DNA of 63,785 bases, counting the filler, from Reticulomyxa filosa (lineage: Eukaryota; Protista; Foraminifera), in the NCBI GenBank assembly GCA_000512085.1. It is 13 parts of 13 records of this genome, joined end to end, with 100 filler letters (N's around TTAATTAATTAA, not from the genome) between each part and the next. Parts side by side here need not be neighbours in the genome. Positions count along the whole stretch, not along the records: positions 1 to 6,629 come from ASPP01043820.1; positions 6,730 to 14,125 come from ASPP01003474.1; 11 more parts are not named here. One strand, given 5' to 3'. How positions within the stretch are numbered: the first letter of the stretch is position 1; each line of letters begins with the position of its first letter. Positions 1-11,546 of the stretch are shown in pieces. The translations under genes were made by a program, and so were the position numbers. Below the pieces are notes generated by a model. The model was not told where the DNA came from. It saw only the letters and a list, made by a program, of their open reading frames with translations, and ran no database searches.

Positions 1-66
1 TTTTTTTTTTTTTCCCAAGAAAAAACATAATTATAATACATTTTTTTTTGTCGTTAGTTCTCATAC

Positions 67-191
67 CATGAAAAGCCACCTTTTCCCAATGTTTCGCCAA
101 CAAACCACTGCCCTATCTTATACGTATGAATGTTCATTTCGTCATTCAAAGGTGAATTTTCCTTATTATCGACAACTAATGGAGTAGCCAT
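67..191 (-). CDS. Ser/Thr protein kinase, first coding exon (gene runs off the window start)
   Basis: Manual translation MATPLVVDNKENSPLNDEMNIHTYKIGQWFVGETLGKGGFSW contains the kinase glycine-rich loop (GETLGKGGFS) and is followed by a GTATGA donor. Too short for the ORF track. Confidence 0.8.
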
Positions 192-209
192 GCAATCAAA
201 TTAATTTCT

Positions 210-292
210 TATAGTGATACACAAACTTTCCAGAAGCGCAGCAAGTTTTTTATAGTGACACACAAACTCCCCTGAAGCACAGCAAGTTTTTT
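210..292. repeat. Two diverged tandem copies of a ~41-nt unit just upstream of the kinase ATG
   Basis: tatagtgatacacaaactttccagaagcgcagcaagtttttt versus tatagtgacacacaaactcccctgaagcacagcaagtttttt. Confidence 0.8.
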
Positions 293-299
293 AGAACGA

Positions 300-1290
300 A
301 ATTACTGGAAAACATTAAAAAATTAACATCAAATCAGGTACTGTAATAATCACAAAAAGCACAAGCAAAGGAATAATCCCAATACTATCTAGTATCTAAG
401 GCCCAACAAAACAAACAATACCAATGAGCACTGGCCTGAAAGTTGGATCACTATCATGTTACACTCCAGAAAAGTTTAAAATGGCTTATTTTTCTTTAGT
501 ATAATCACCGAATTTAGTTTCGAAAATTGTAAATGCTATTACATTCTCCGAAGCTGTTTGATGTTTTCAATTGAAAAAATTAATTCCATCAAAAGATCAT
601 GAGAAACGTATTTGAAGAACGAAAGAAAAAAAAAAAGTACTTTTGTCATATAACAAAAACGTTAATTTAATATTTCATTTTGAACGATGTTACATGATGA
701 TGTAAAGAATCATAGTACAATATTACAATATGCATATACAAAAAAATTAATTTTTAGCAGTTCATTTGATAGCTTAAAGATAACTGAAAATGGTTCAATA
801 CTTCAAATAACACCGGAATTTTTTCGTTTGATTACGTACATGCTTGCATTCAGACGTTCCTACTTGATTGCAACTGTTCCAACGTTTTCAGTTGCAATAC
901 AAAATTTCACTAACACAACAAAAGAATGTCAAGGTAACTATCATTTTCTTTGTTTTGTTATTGAAATATAAATGTTTCAATGCAAAGTCATACTAACACG
1001 CGAAAGCAATGTTGGAATTTAATGATAATAATTTTTGAAAGCATTTGTTCAATAAATCGCATTCACTTATCCATTTGCCAAAATCAACATTTTTTGTTTT
1101 TTAAACGCCAAAGATTTTATATACTGTTACTAAGCTGTGTTTCATAATACAATGGTAACTGGTTTTCCTTCCCACATTACGTTCGCTGAACAATTGTCGA
1201 ACATAATCGGCACGTAATTCAATGTGATTTCGTTGCTTGTATAGATCACCAACAACGCTGTCTTGTGTGAATCCATGTCAACTATAGATA
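300..1290 (-). pseudogene. Possible decayed membrane-protein gene
   Basis: Protein-like fragments (MDSHKTALLVIYTSNEITLNYVPIMFDNCSANVMWEGKPV; hydrophobic DSIGIIPLLVLFVIITVP) interrupted by stops. Boundaries approximate. Confidence 0.25.
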
Positions 1291-2989
1291 CTAATTTCAA
1301 TAATATTATGTACATTTTTTTAAGATTTGAGTCAATATGTCCTTTTTATCCCCCTTTGCGGGTTACCAGTTTACTGTTTTCGTAACGAGTGGACTTGTTG
1401 TCAATCAGTACTATTTATTTAAAATCAACTAATTATTTTAACCGTTACTAGGTTGCTTTTAAAAATAATTTCTTTATGTTATAGCTTATCAAAAGATACA
1501 GTCAAAACATAAATATATGTATATGTGGTTTTTTTAATGTTCCAAATTTCTAACGTACTAGGGTCAAACAATTTTGAAATAAAAATTGTTAAATTTATTA
1601 AAGATTGATTTGTATGAAGTCTTGTTATGCAAGATAACTATTTTTTTAAAAATTTGAGCTTCAAAAAAAACATTTCGTCTGAGATTTTCACTCAACTATA
1701 AATAGAACTCATGAAATTTATAGTTGTTGTGCTAAACAAATGTAACGGAACAAATTTTCAATATCATATGCTTTTATGTAAAAAGACAACCAAGCATTGC
1801 TTAAATTTAAGCTATTTTGAAGATTTTAAAATTTTTGCTATTTTTATTTTTACTTGATTGCATTTTATTTTTTATTATTGACTTTTCCTTTTTACATTTG
1901 CAGCTTTTATTAAAGTTGTTGTTTATGTTCTTTTTTATTTCTAAAATGATCAACAAAATAATGTCTACTTCGGAAAAAGATCTTTTGGACGTTTTTGATT
2001 GAAATATTTTTAAGCAATGTCTTATCTTGTTTATTATTTCCAATAGCGCTGGAACAAGGATAGACTATGCGAAAAAATAAATAATCTTTAATCACAAGCA
2101 AAAAATTGATAGCAGTAGTTAAAAAAACCAAAAATAAAAAATAAAAAAATTAATTTGAAGATATTCGTTTAAATTATAACATTTTTAATATAAAATGTAC
2201 TTTTTGTTTTTTTTTAGCTCTATTGATGATATTTGTTTAATCCATTTTTTCAACAAGTTTTTGTTATTCATTTCCATTGCAAAATCTTGTTATTTTTTGA
2301 AAAATATTGATGCAAAACATTTATGGTGGAACATTTTGAAAATGCTTAAAAAATATTGGCAAATTTCATGGTACGATACTTTCACGATTTTCAAAAATTT
2401 TCAGAAATCAAAAAATATCAAATTTTAAATAGAAAGATGTAATAACCTTTACAACTTAAATCATTATCATTGGAGATCCAAAGATAATGAGAATGAATAA
2501 AGATATTTAAATAGGCAATTATAGACACAATCGATTTCACAATTTTAAATTATATGCTACAGAACACGAGTTATGTAGAAATGCGGCCCACATTAAAGCA
2601 TTTACAACATTAGAAAAATACATAGTAACAGAAAACTAAATTAAATACGTCCAATGAAAAAACTAAATAATTTATCAAAAAAAAATTAAAATGAATAAAT
2701 GGTTATACATTGACTATAATCAAAGATATAATTTGAATGGACTGATTTAAAAGAAATCAAAAAGATTGTAAATGATGACGAACAACATTTCAGAAATTTT
2801 AATATTAAGATTATTCATTAAAAAGGTAAATTTAGGTAGGTATATTTATTAAAATTAATCAAATTTATATGATAGCTGTAAATTCAACAAAAAATTATAA
2901 ATATACTAACAGTAGTGATAAAAGAAAAAATGATACATGTGATTGTGATCAACAAAAGAAAAAGAGGAAAAAAATGAACATTCATGAAT

Positions 2990-3935
2990 CACCCTTAGCA
3001 AAATCAAATTTAAAATTCTTTATTTTGATGTATAATTACTTAAGCGGCATCTTCTAATTGCTTTTTTGCAAAGACAATCGTTGTTGTTTGGAGGAATTCT
3101 TTATCCTGGATTTTGGCTTCACGTTTTGGATCGTATCATTGAGCTTTACATCCAACGTGATTGTCTTGCTGGCAAGTTTTCACGAAACTATTTTCAAAGT
3201 AACAAAAAAAAAACAAATTAATACGTAACGCAATCTCGGAAAAAACACATATCACGTATAAAAAAAAAACTCAGCATAAAAAATAAAAACAACTACTTAC
3301 ATTTGCATTGCTCCGCTTCGTAAACAACGGGGAACCAAATGCAATGTGCTTTCCTTTTGTCGAGTGAGGCTGTCTTCCAATTACTTTACTGCAAAGATTA
3401 AATGTTGCTGTTCTGGAGGAATAAATTCTTTATCCTGAATTTTTGCGTTTTGGATTGTGTTGGGTTCCACAAGTCTAACGTGATTGTTTTTCCGGTTAAA
3501 GTCTTCACAAAACTGTTTTGCAATAACAAAAAATTACTAGAAAAAAAAAAATTACCACTTGTAAAAAAAGGTGCTACTAGCAAAAAAAGAAGTTAGCTAA
3601 AAAAAAAATAGTTGCTTAAAAAAAACAACAAGCTACAAACAAATTTTAGTTTTACTGTACACTTAACATTTGCACCACTTCGCAAACGCAACACCAAATC
3701 AAGGTGCTTTCCTTTTGGATGTTATAATCACAAGGTTCGGCCATCTTCCAATTGTTTGCCGGCAAAAATTAGACGTTGCTCAGGAGGAATGCTTTCATAT
3801 CCGAATTTTGGCTTTCACGTTTGGATTATGTCGTTGTGCTCTACATCTAACGTGATGGTTTTTCCGGTCAAAGTTTTGGCAAAGCTAAAGTTAATAATAA
3901 AATCACAAAAATTAAACATACATTTGCATCGCCAT
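2990..3935 (-). pseudogene. Degenerate polyubiquitin, three monomers, each with an intron inside codon 3 (MQ-I)
   Basis: MAMQI|FAKTLTGKTITLDVE..RLIFAGKQLEDGRT; second unit FVKTLTGKTITLD..QKESTLHLV; third unit FVKT..KTITLDV. GT-AG introns at 3885-3921, 3513-3667 and 3188-3300. Multiple indels and stops. Confidence 0.88.
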
Positions 3936-4299
3936 CTTCTATCTTTGATTGAAATTCAAGTTATTGAAAAATCAAAGCCCCAATCTAATATATCAAATGC
4001 CAATTACGCTTTTTTTAGTCCAGGGATCATGACCTGAACGTACTTTGAATAAGCTTTGTCTTTTCTCATTTATTCTTCTTGTAATTTTGCACTCTTTGAC
4101 GTTAAATATAATAATTTTTCAACCTGCATTGTTTATATTTATTAATTTTTGTGAAAGAAGATGCTTGAGCAATTGGTTTTTGCTTTGCTAAGTTTCTAAA
4201 TGTACAATTCCTGAAATATGTGACCTTTGTAGAATCAAGTTTATTGCCTGATCAACAAAAACTACTGCAATAAAATTACCACTTCCGTGATCTTTGAAC

Positions 4300-5360
4300 T
4301 AAACAGTTGGATTTGGCCAAAATATATGTTGATTGTGGAAGTTGCAAAAGAATATATGTAAACATTTAAATGTCACTTTGATTGAAAATAATTAAATTAA
4401 AACTGTTTCTTTATTTAGGTTGACAGCAGTATTGATAGTGTAAAGGGCGGACAGAAGAGGTATGATTTGGAGTTCTTTTATATTTTGATTGGCTTGCACA
4501 ATGTATTGGAAATGATAACGGAATTGCGATGGATTGAAAGTTGTCGAATATAGCAACCCTTGTCTCGTGTGACTACTTGGTCGCTCGCAATGCTCAAAAG
4601 TCCATTCGTTGTCCACAATTTTATCGTGAATAGTTTTCCACTTTGTGTAGAGATCAATACCTGTGCTTGAGTTTCGTCCTCATTCTTTTGCTCATATCCA
4701 TTGGAATTGCAAGTGATTGTATCCAACTCTTTCAATGTCATTGCAACGATAAGGACAGTCAGATTCGTATCTTTGCAAGTCAAAATCGATTTGGAGTCCC
4801 TTTCGAGAGACTCCACTCTTTTTTGTTGCACATGGACATTCTTTTCTTGCTGGTCTTGCTCCTCTTGCACAAGCAGACATGTGAGAAAGTTCTGTTAACA
4901 CGACAGCTGTCCATTGGCATGGAATCCCACAATTAGTCTGGAGTCCCTCGAAAAGGAGAGATAGTCACTCCACGCGCGATGACATTGACAAACAATAACT
5001 TTTCAAAAGAGGGACAAGTCATCGTCAATGCTAAGCCATTGGCCGAGTTCAAAATGCATTGGGGCGATGTCATCACATTTGCAAACCATGTATGGTTTTG
5101 CAAATATTAATGCATTCTCCTTTCCAACAAAGACAGGCCCAGCGGTGACAATGACAATAACGATGACAAAGGGATTGAAGAAAGCGAAAATAAGCTCTTT
5201 GGCCGACACGAGCTGGAAGATAACAGCAATGAGCTGCTCCAAGTCGAAATATAGCAAAGATGATGGACGTACAATTGATAACAAGGGATATATAAGATTG
5301 ACGTACAACTGGCTCCATTCCAACATCTTTCTCTCAATTTCGTCGAAACATAAGTTCACT
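4300..5360 (-). pseudogene. Fragmented coding sequence of unknown family
   Basis: Higher-GC, protein-like ORF pieces (5003-5359, 4478-4870) broken by stops or frame changes. No motif recognised. Confidence 0.3.
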
Positions 5361-5434
5361 ATTTCTTTTTTCTTTCAATATGCTTTTTCTCCCTTTTCCC
5401 AACAACTCCTTTTTATTGTTATTATTACTATTAA

Positions 5435-6330
5435 TTAGTTATCAAATTGTATCGTAGAAAAAGATATCCAAAAAAAAAAACAACTTGAAAACAGAGTGGA
5501 AAGTAATCCTTTGGTAAGATGCATTGGAACGATTGGAGCAAAGGAAGAACAGAAATATGTATGAATTGGAACAAAATTTGGTGCTAATTGACGGGACTGA
5601 CGATGACACATAACGGTCCACGACTCGTACGTGCATCCACCATTACTTTCAAAAAATCTACAAAGCCGCTGTTCCAATTCTGCCAGTTGATCTCTCATTC
5701 TTCTTTGTTATTGTGTTATTATTCCATTTCGCTCATGCACTCGTCTTTTGTTCTCGAAATTTGGAGTGCCTCTATCAATATTTTTGATATATCCCGATCA
5801 TTGGCTTTCTCCGCCTCAAATGTTACAAGACATTAAAGTCATTGTGGAGTATCAATATGTTCCCGCCGCTTTGCTCGTATGCTTTCATAAATTTGCCAGT
5901 CTTACTATCAATCACTCTTTTTTTTTCTTCTGGCTCTTTCTTGCCGCTCTTTTCCTCTCCAAAGTTCAACCACAAACTGTCGTCGGGAAAATACAATCGC
6001 GGACTTTTCACCTTTTTTGTGTTGCTCAGGATTAAAGTATAGCACTCCCCATGCTCAGTCATTTCTATCTTCTTTATACTATTGTCCTTCTTGTCTTTTC
6101 CTTCGTATAACGTGTATCTCAAGTCTCATTTCAGATCTTTGTTATACCACCTTTTTTTTTTCGTACAGTCAACAGCTACCCGCATAAAAAAAAAAGAAAA
6201 TCATACTATCGAAAAAATTGGATTATCTTCACTGTCTAATACTTCAATTTGTGGATAATCTTTGCAGATTTGCTTCATTCCTTTCTCAATTCGAGGATTT
6301 TCTAATACAGCATATTTTCCACTTCCCCTT
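5435..6330 (-). pseudogene. Fragmented gene with a CCCH-zinc-finger-like remnant
   Basis: ORF pieces 5823-6122 and 5435-5698. LCRFFESNGGCTY resembles the start of a CCCH finger. Confidence 0.3.
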
Positions 6331-6629
6331 CCTCCTACGAGAGCAACGTCTTTTCTTTCGGCTTTGTGCATATGGTCTTGAGGTCTTGCAGTAAAAAAAA
6401 ATTGGAAAGCGACAGAAGGAACTAGAAATGGAAATTACTCAATGCAAAAAAGAAAGTTGCGTTGACTAGTTAAAAAAAAAAAGGGGTATGATAATGCAAC
6501 ATGTGTCATTTGGTTTTAAGTAGTGCGAATTAAAATTCAATCGGAATGTCCTATTTTGAGTCAAAAGATGCCAATTTAGAAAACACGTTGTCATCAGGAG
6601 AGCTGAAGACAATTGAGAAGCGAAGCGAC

Positions 6630-6729
6630 NNNNNNNNNNNNNNNNNNNNNNNNNNNNNNNNNNNNNNNNNNNNTTAATTAATTAANNNNNNNNNNNNNNN
6701 NNNNNNNNNNNNNNNNNNNNNNNNNNNNN
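6630..6729. other. Artificial contig linker (44N-TTAATTAATTAA-44N)
   Basis: The same 100-nt spacer, with stops in all six frames, recurs at 14126, 23096, 33929, 43441, 47898, 50574, 52485, 54806, 57910, 60666 and 62686. Confidence 0.97.
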
Positions 6730-7164
6730 AAAAAAAATCCTTCATTAGTAATTGTGTATCCTGATACATAGTGAATCCTGTCGAAAAGAGAACATATGCT
6801 ATGCTGAGATGGAGATTGGCAAAACTTTTTTCTTCTTAAAAAAAATAAAAAAGATGAAAATTGCAACTAAACCACATAAACGGATCATATGTTAGTGACA
6901 TATCTAATAATTGCTAGTATTGTCTCGATATGTTTGTCGGTAATCCATGTCTGGCTATCCGAACAACAATCCGAAAATGTCTCTAAATCCACGGCAGCTC
7001 AGCCCCACGTACCTGTTTCCACTTTTCATTACACTTCCCCTTTCGTCGATTGTAAATAATTTTCATGTATAGTGACTTATTCTCTGCCATTCATCACTTT
7101 CACATTACATAACTATTTTTTTGTTTTGCTTTTGAAAAGCTCGTTGAGTACCGCCAGACCCGCG

Positions 7165-7198
7165 CTAGTTAATTCGGGCGGCGCCTGAAGACGCCGCC
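7165..7198 (-). mobile_element. GC-rich hairpin followed by CTAG; candidate Helitron 3' terminus
   Basis: Minus strand GGCGGCGTC-TTCA-GGCGCCGCC (9-bp stem, one G:T), then CGAATTAA, then CTAG, in a very AT-rich context. Confidence 0.35.
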
Positions 7199-8479
7199 TA
7201 ATCTAACCATTTCTTTTTCGCTTTTCCCTTCCTTTACTTTTTTTAAAATTTGTTTTGGTATTTTTTATTTGCTTTGACATGTTTTTTTTATGTGTTATTA
7301 ACTCGTGCAAATTTTACGTTTATTTTTAGTTTTTTGTTTAATTTGAATCTTATTTCTGAAGATTTGCTCATTGAATGAAATTATGTTATTTTTTGAATCG
7401 TTCTATATTTTTTTATTTGTAAACTTTCCGCACATTGCCGAAAAAACTTTATTTGACATTTTTTTTTATCCATTATCACTTATTCAGTCTGTTATTTTAT
7501 ACTTTTGTTTTTTATTAAATCAAACGTATTGTGAAATAATTAGCACTTTTTTTTAAAGATTTAAATAAAGCAAATACCCAATTTCCTTGACGCAATTCAA
7601 TCTCGTAGTATTTTTACTGCTTTAAAGGATTTACATGAAAAAACATTTGTTAAAATTTTATTTTTGCCGCATAAATAATTTGATAAGTAGCCACAACAGC
7701 TTGTATACAGATCCTTGAAAACGCTTTTTGTCAAAAAAAAACGTAGTATTCAGATAATATATATGCATATATTGTTTTCTTTTAATACTATTTAGAAAAT
7801 ATTGGTAATACATAATTGTAAAATACTTAAATTATTTTTCTACATAATTTGTATGATATAAAAGTGAAATTGAGGATTCATAAAACTTAAGAAAAAAAGT
7901 TCTTAATATCAAGCTAGCAATGATATATTCACTTATTTACCTAAAGAAAATGCAAAGTTCATTAATTGTAGCAAATGCTTTTTATCATGATACTACTACA
8001 TATTCAATTCACAAATTCAATAATTTGCAAATAGTTGCAATACTAAATATGATTTACAAAATTTAAATATGATACAAGTTTTTCATTTTTGCTTAAGCTT
8101 TATGTATCCTCAATTTCACTTTTTTCTAATTATGATAATTAGAATTTAATTATTTCAAAAATTATATTATTGAATGTTCAAATTTGGTTTTCTGCAAATA
8201 ATAAAGATAAAAATTTAATTATAAATAAATTAATTTTAAGGATTCGACAAATAATATAATACATTAATCCTGAATTTTATTTTATCACAATGATTCTAAT
8301 ATATAAATTATTATGACTCAATTGATATAATTTATAGAAAAAAAAAATAAACTTAAGCATATTTCATAATAAAATTTTGCATATTTAAAATTTTGCATAA
8401 TACATATTCAAATGTTAAATTATACAGTATAATGCAAAAAGAAAGTAAAAATATTTATTTGCAAGTGCATCAATTGCAA

Positions 8480-9700
8480 AATAAAAATAAAAAAACACCT
8501 CCACTAAAGCATCTCCGGCTACAAGCAACGTTTAAGGACACAAATATCGACCACCATCAAATTGTGAAAAGTTAATGCAATAGATACATTATCTGTGTCC
8601 TTCGAAACGTCTCCTTACCGAACTATATTCGAAATCCAAAATACAAATGTTGTTGCGACTTGATGCAAAAATACTCTTACATTCAACCACGTAATAATAA
8701 TATTTTCATAACTTTACACAATTTATAGTGTCATTACTTTTCACTTCTGCAGTTTTTTCCATATTATATACAATAATTGTACCGTCTTGTGCTCCAGAAC
8801 AAATTTATTGTTTATTGCTAAATGTTGAACAGTTAATACTTTTTACATAATTGTATGTGCCTTTAATGTTTGTTTAATTGTGGAACAATATGGAAATAAA
8901 GTAAAAGGATCATCTACTTTTTCTTTTTCTTTTTCTTCTTTGTCTTGATAGTTTCTTTTTGAAGTAATTTTTGGTAGTCTTCATTTAATTTGGCATTTTG
9001 TTGTTTCAATTAGTTAATAAATTCTTATTGAGCCAATTACATTTGTTTTTTTTCGTTATTAAACTAGTTTTTAAATCTTTCAACTTGTGCTTGATAGCTG
9101 GAAAATTCTTTTTTGATATTATTATACTTTTCAATATTCTCTTTAGTTTTCAATTGAATATCTTCTTTCATATACTTGCAAACTAAACAAATATGTTTTT
9201 GCATATTTGTACTCAAATAATTTTTAAATTGTGGCTAAAGCAACTATGATTGATTTACATATACATTCATTGTCTAAATGATCATGTAAATATTTTAATG
9301 GTCCTATAAAATTTCATTTAATTACACCATGTATTTTATCATTGCTTTCAGTTTTATTTGGTGTCTTTAGATCTTGTTCAAATTTTCGTATAACATCACT
9401 TATAAGTTATCAATCAAATATTGTGCAACTCTGTTGCTTGAATATGAACAATCGTCATGTGATAGAATTGGACAATATTTATTTTTTCAAGTAGTAATTT
9501 TAAATAATGCTATCCAATAATCAATGTTTCCTTTGTCCTTTCATGTTGTGAACACGTTAGCTTCAAAGCGTTGTTTTCAATTGGCTTGCAATTCCTTTTT
9601 CTTCTTGTAATTGTAAAATCTAATCCTTGTTAAAGCAATATTTCTTATTAGAAAGCAAAACAACTTCAGTATTTACTTTATTTTTTGTGTTTTGGTCATA
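8480..9700 (-). pseudogene. Decayed WD40-repeat gene with N-terminal Cys/His-rich (TRAF/RING-like) and coiled-coil remnants
   Basis: WD40-like ICSGAQDGTIIVYN near 8765-8805; upstream fragments CPILSHDDCSY and FIGPLKYLHDHLDNEC; many stops. Boundaries approximate. Confidence 0.5.
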
Positions 9701-9779
9701 TTTTTCCATTTTTACTTTCTCTTTTAAAGCTTTTTGAAAAATTATTATTATGAAGAAATACATGTCGATCAAAGTTGAA

Positions 9780-10400
9780 GTTGTTTGAATAATTTCTTTG
9801 GATAATCCTTTGTTTTTAATTAACCCAGTAATTGATTGAATGAGTTAATATTGTCTGACATAACATTACAAAAAACCTCTGTAAAATAACTTCCTTTTCC
9901 TTTATCAGTATCTGATGAATCAATTATGAATTTTCCATGATTGAAAATATACATAAAGTATCTGATTCACGATTATACAGTTGTTGAACTTCATCTGTAA
10001 ATAATTACTGTACTTTTTTAAATAGTTTAAAGTTATAATCATGCTTGTAACCAATGTGTCTCCTTCTGCTGCGATACTACCATGACCACACCATACAAAT
10101 ATTAATGCATCATAATTATTTTTCTTTGTTTTAAGTAATTTAATATAATGTTTATTAAAAATAGATTTAATTGTTTTAGTGTCAAAAATTTTCTCATGTG
10201 CAATCAAATTACTAAAAACAGTTCATTGTGGAATATCCAATTACATCTTTGTCCATAAATGAATATTATATCTTCTTATTATCACAAATTGCTAATTTGT
10301 GGTTTTTCCAGTATTATGCGTTACGTTTTCACTTATAGCAATAAACCTTGTGAAGTAAATTGGACAACATTTAGTCTTGATTCTATGCTTTCAATTCTAG
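9780..10400 (-). pseudogene. Caspase-like (clan CD) pseudogene
   Basis: NYDALIFVWCGHG resembles the caspase catalytic His-Gly strand; KGSYFTEVFCNVM resembles the small-subunit GSxF motif. No catalytic Cys motif visible; frameshifted. Confidence 0.55.
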
Positions 10401-10425
10401 AATTCAGATTGAATCTGATTTTTTT

Positions 10426-10569
10426 CCCCTTTAATACAAAAGAAGTTTACTTTTAATTTCCGGGAGCCAGATATTGAAAATGCTGCCCCCTCCACCTCTC
10501 CCCTTTAATACAAAAGAGGTACTACTTTTTTTTCCGGGAACCAGGAACTGAAAGTGCTGTCCCACCACC
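10426..10569. repeat. Diverged tandem duplication, ~74-nt unit
   Basis: cccctttaatacaaaagaag..ttccgggagccag..gaaaatgctg at 10426 and cccctttaatacaaaagagg..ttccgggaaccag..gaaagtgctg at 10500. Confidence 0.8.
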
Positions 10570-10688
10570 GCCTCACCAGCAGGCTCAAATCTGGGTGATA
10601 AAGCACACTAACAAGAACATCTGACATTACAAAATCCATTACATAATTACAAAGTTCTTTCAAAGCTAGATTTTCCTTTTTTTTAATT

Positions 10689-10727
10689 ATTGCCTCCAAT
10701 GCATACTCGACTTGAAGCAAACGATTC
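10689..10727 (-). pseudogene. Proteasome alpha-subunit N-terminal fragment
   Basis: RLLQVEYALEAI matches the alpha-subunit GRLxQVEYAxEAI signature; flanking sequence does not continue the protein. Confidence 0.55.
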
Positions 10728-11546
10728 ATTGTGTTTCAAAGTCATGTCCGATGGCAAATTGCGATTGTCTAAAGTTTGGTGTCACTTCTTCTTTTAAAAA
10801 AATATGTAATACATACCATATATAAATAATAATAATAAGTTAATAGCATTTTTACTATCATCGAAAAGCATACAACTCCTGCAACAAAAATTAAAATATT
10901 TTGTTAACAGACACAGCATCAAAAAAATTGCGTATCTTGGGAAACTTTTATTTCTCTCCAAGTAGTAGATGTGCGACATTGACCAACAAACAAAAAAAAG
11001 CAATCAAGAAAAAGAAAATAAAATTGATACAACATGCACTGCCTCGAGTTTCGTGTTTATTTAAAAATATTTCTTAAAACGAATTACAATAATTTATCAA
11101 AAAGAAAATAAATTGTTGTAAACAGAGACTTGCGAATTTTTGAAATGGTTACAGTGTCAAAACAAGCGCAATGAAACAAAATGTCAAGAAGATGCCAATG
11201 AAAAAATTTATTGTTATGCAGTAAGGAAAAGAACAACTGACAATGCTACAGTCTTTTCACAAAAAAAAGGTTGTCTGAGAAAGCTATTATTACAAAATTT
11301 AACAATTACTTTTGCAGCTTTGTTGCACGAGTTCATTCAATTGTTTTTATTTACACATCTCCCAAACAAAATGTAATGCGGCAATAATTTTTATTGATAA
11401 TGAAAAAATGCTTTTCAAAAAAATATTGCGAACCATTTTTGTTAAAAGAATTCTGTCATGTGTGATACTCTGATTATCAATTTGCTGACAGAAAATACGA
11501 TCGAAATAAAAAATGAAAAATTACTTCTATAGATACAATCTCGATT

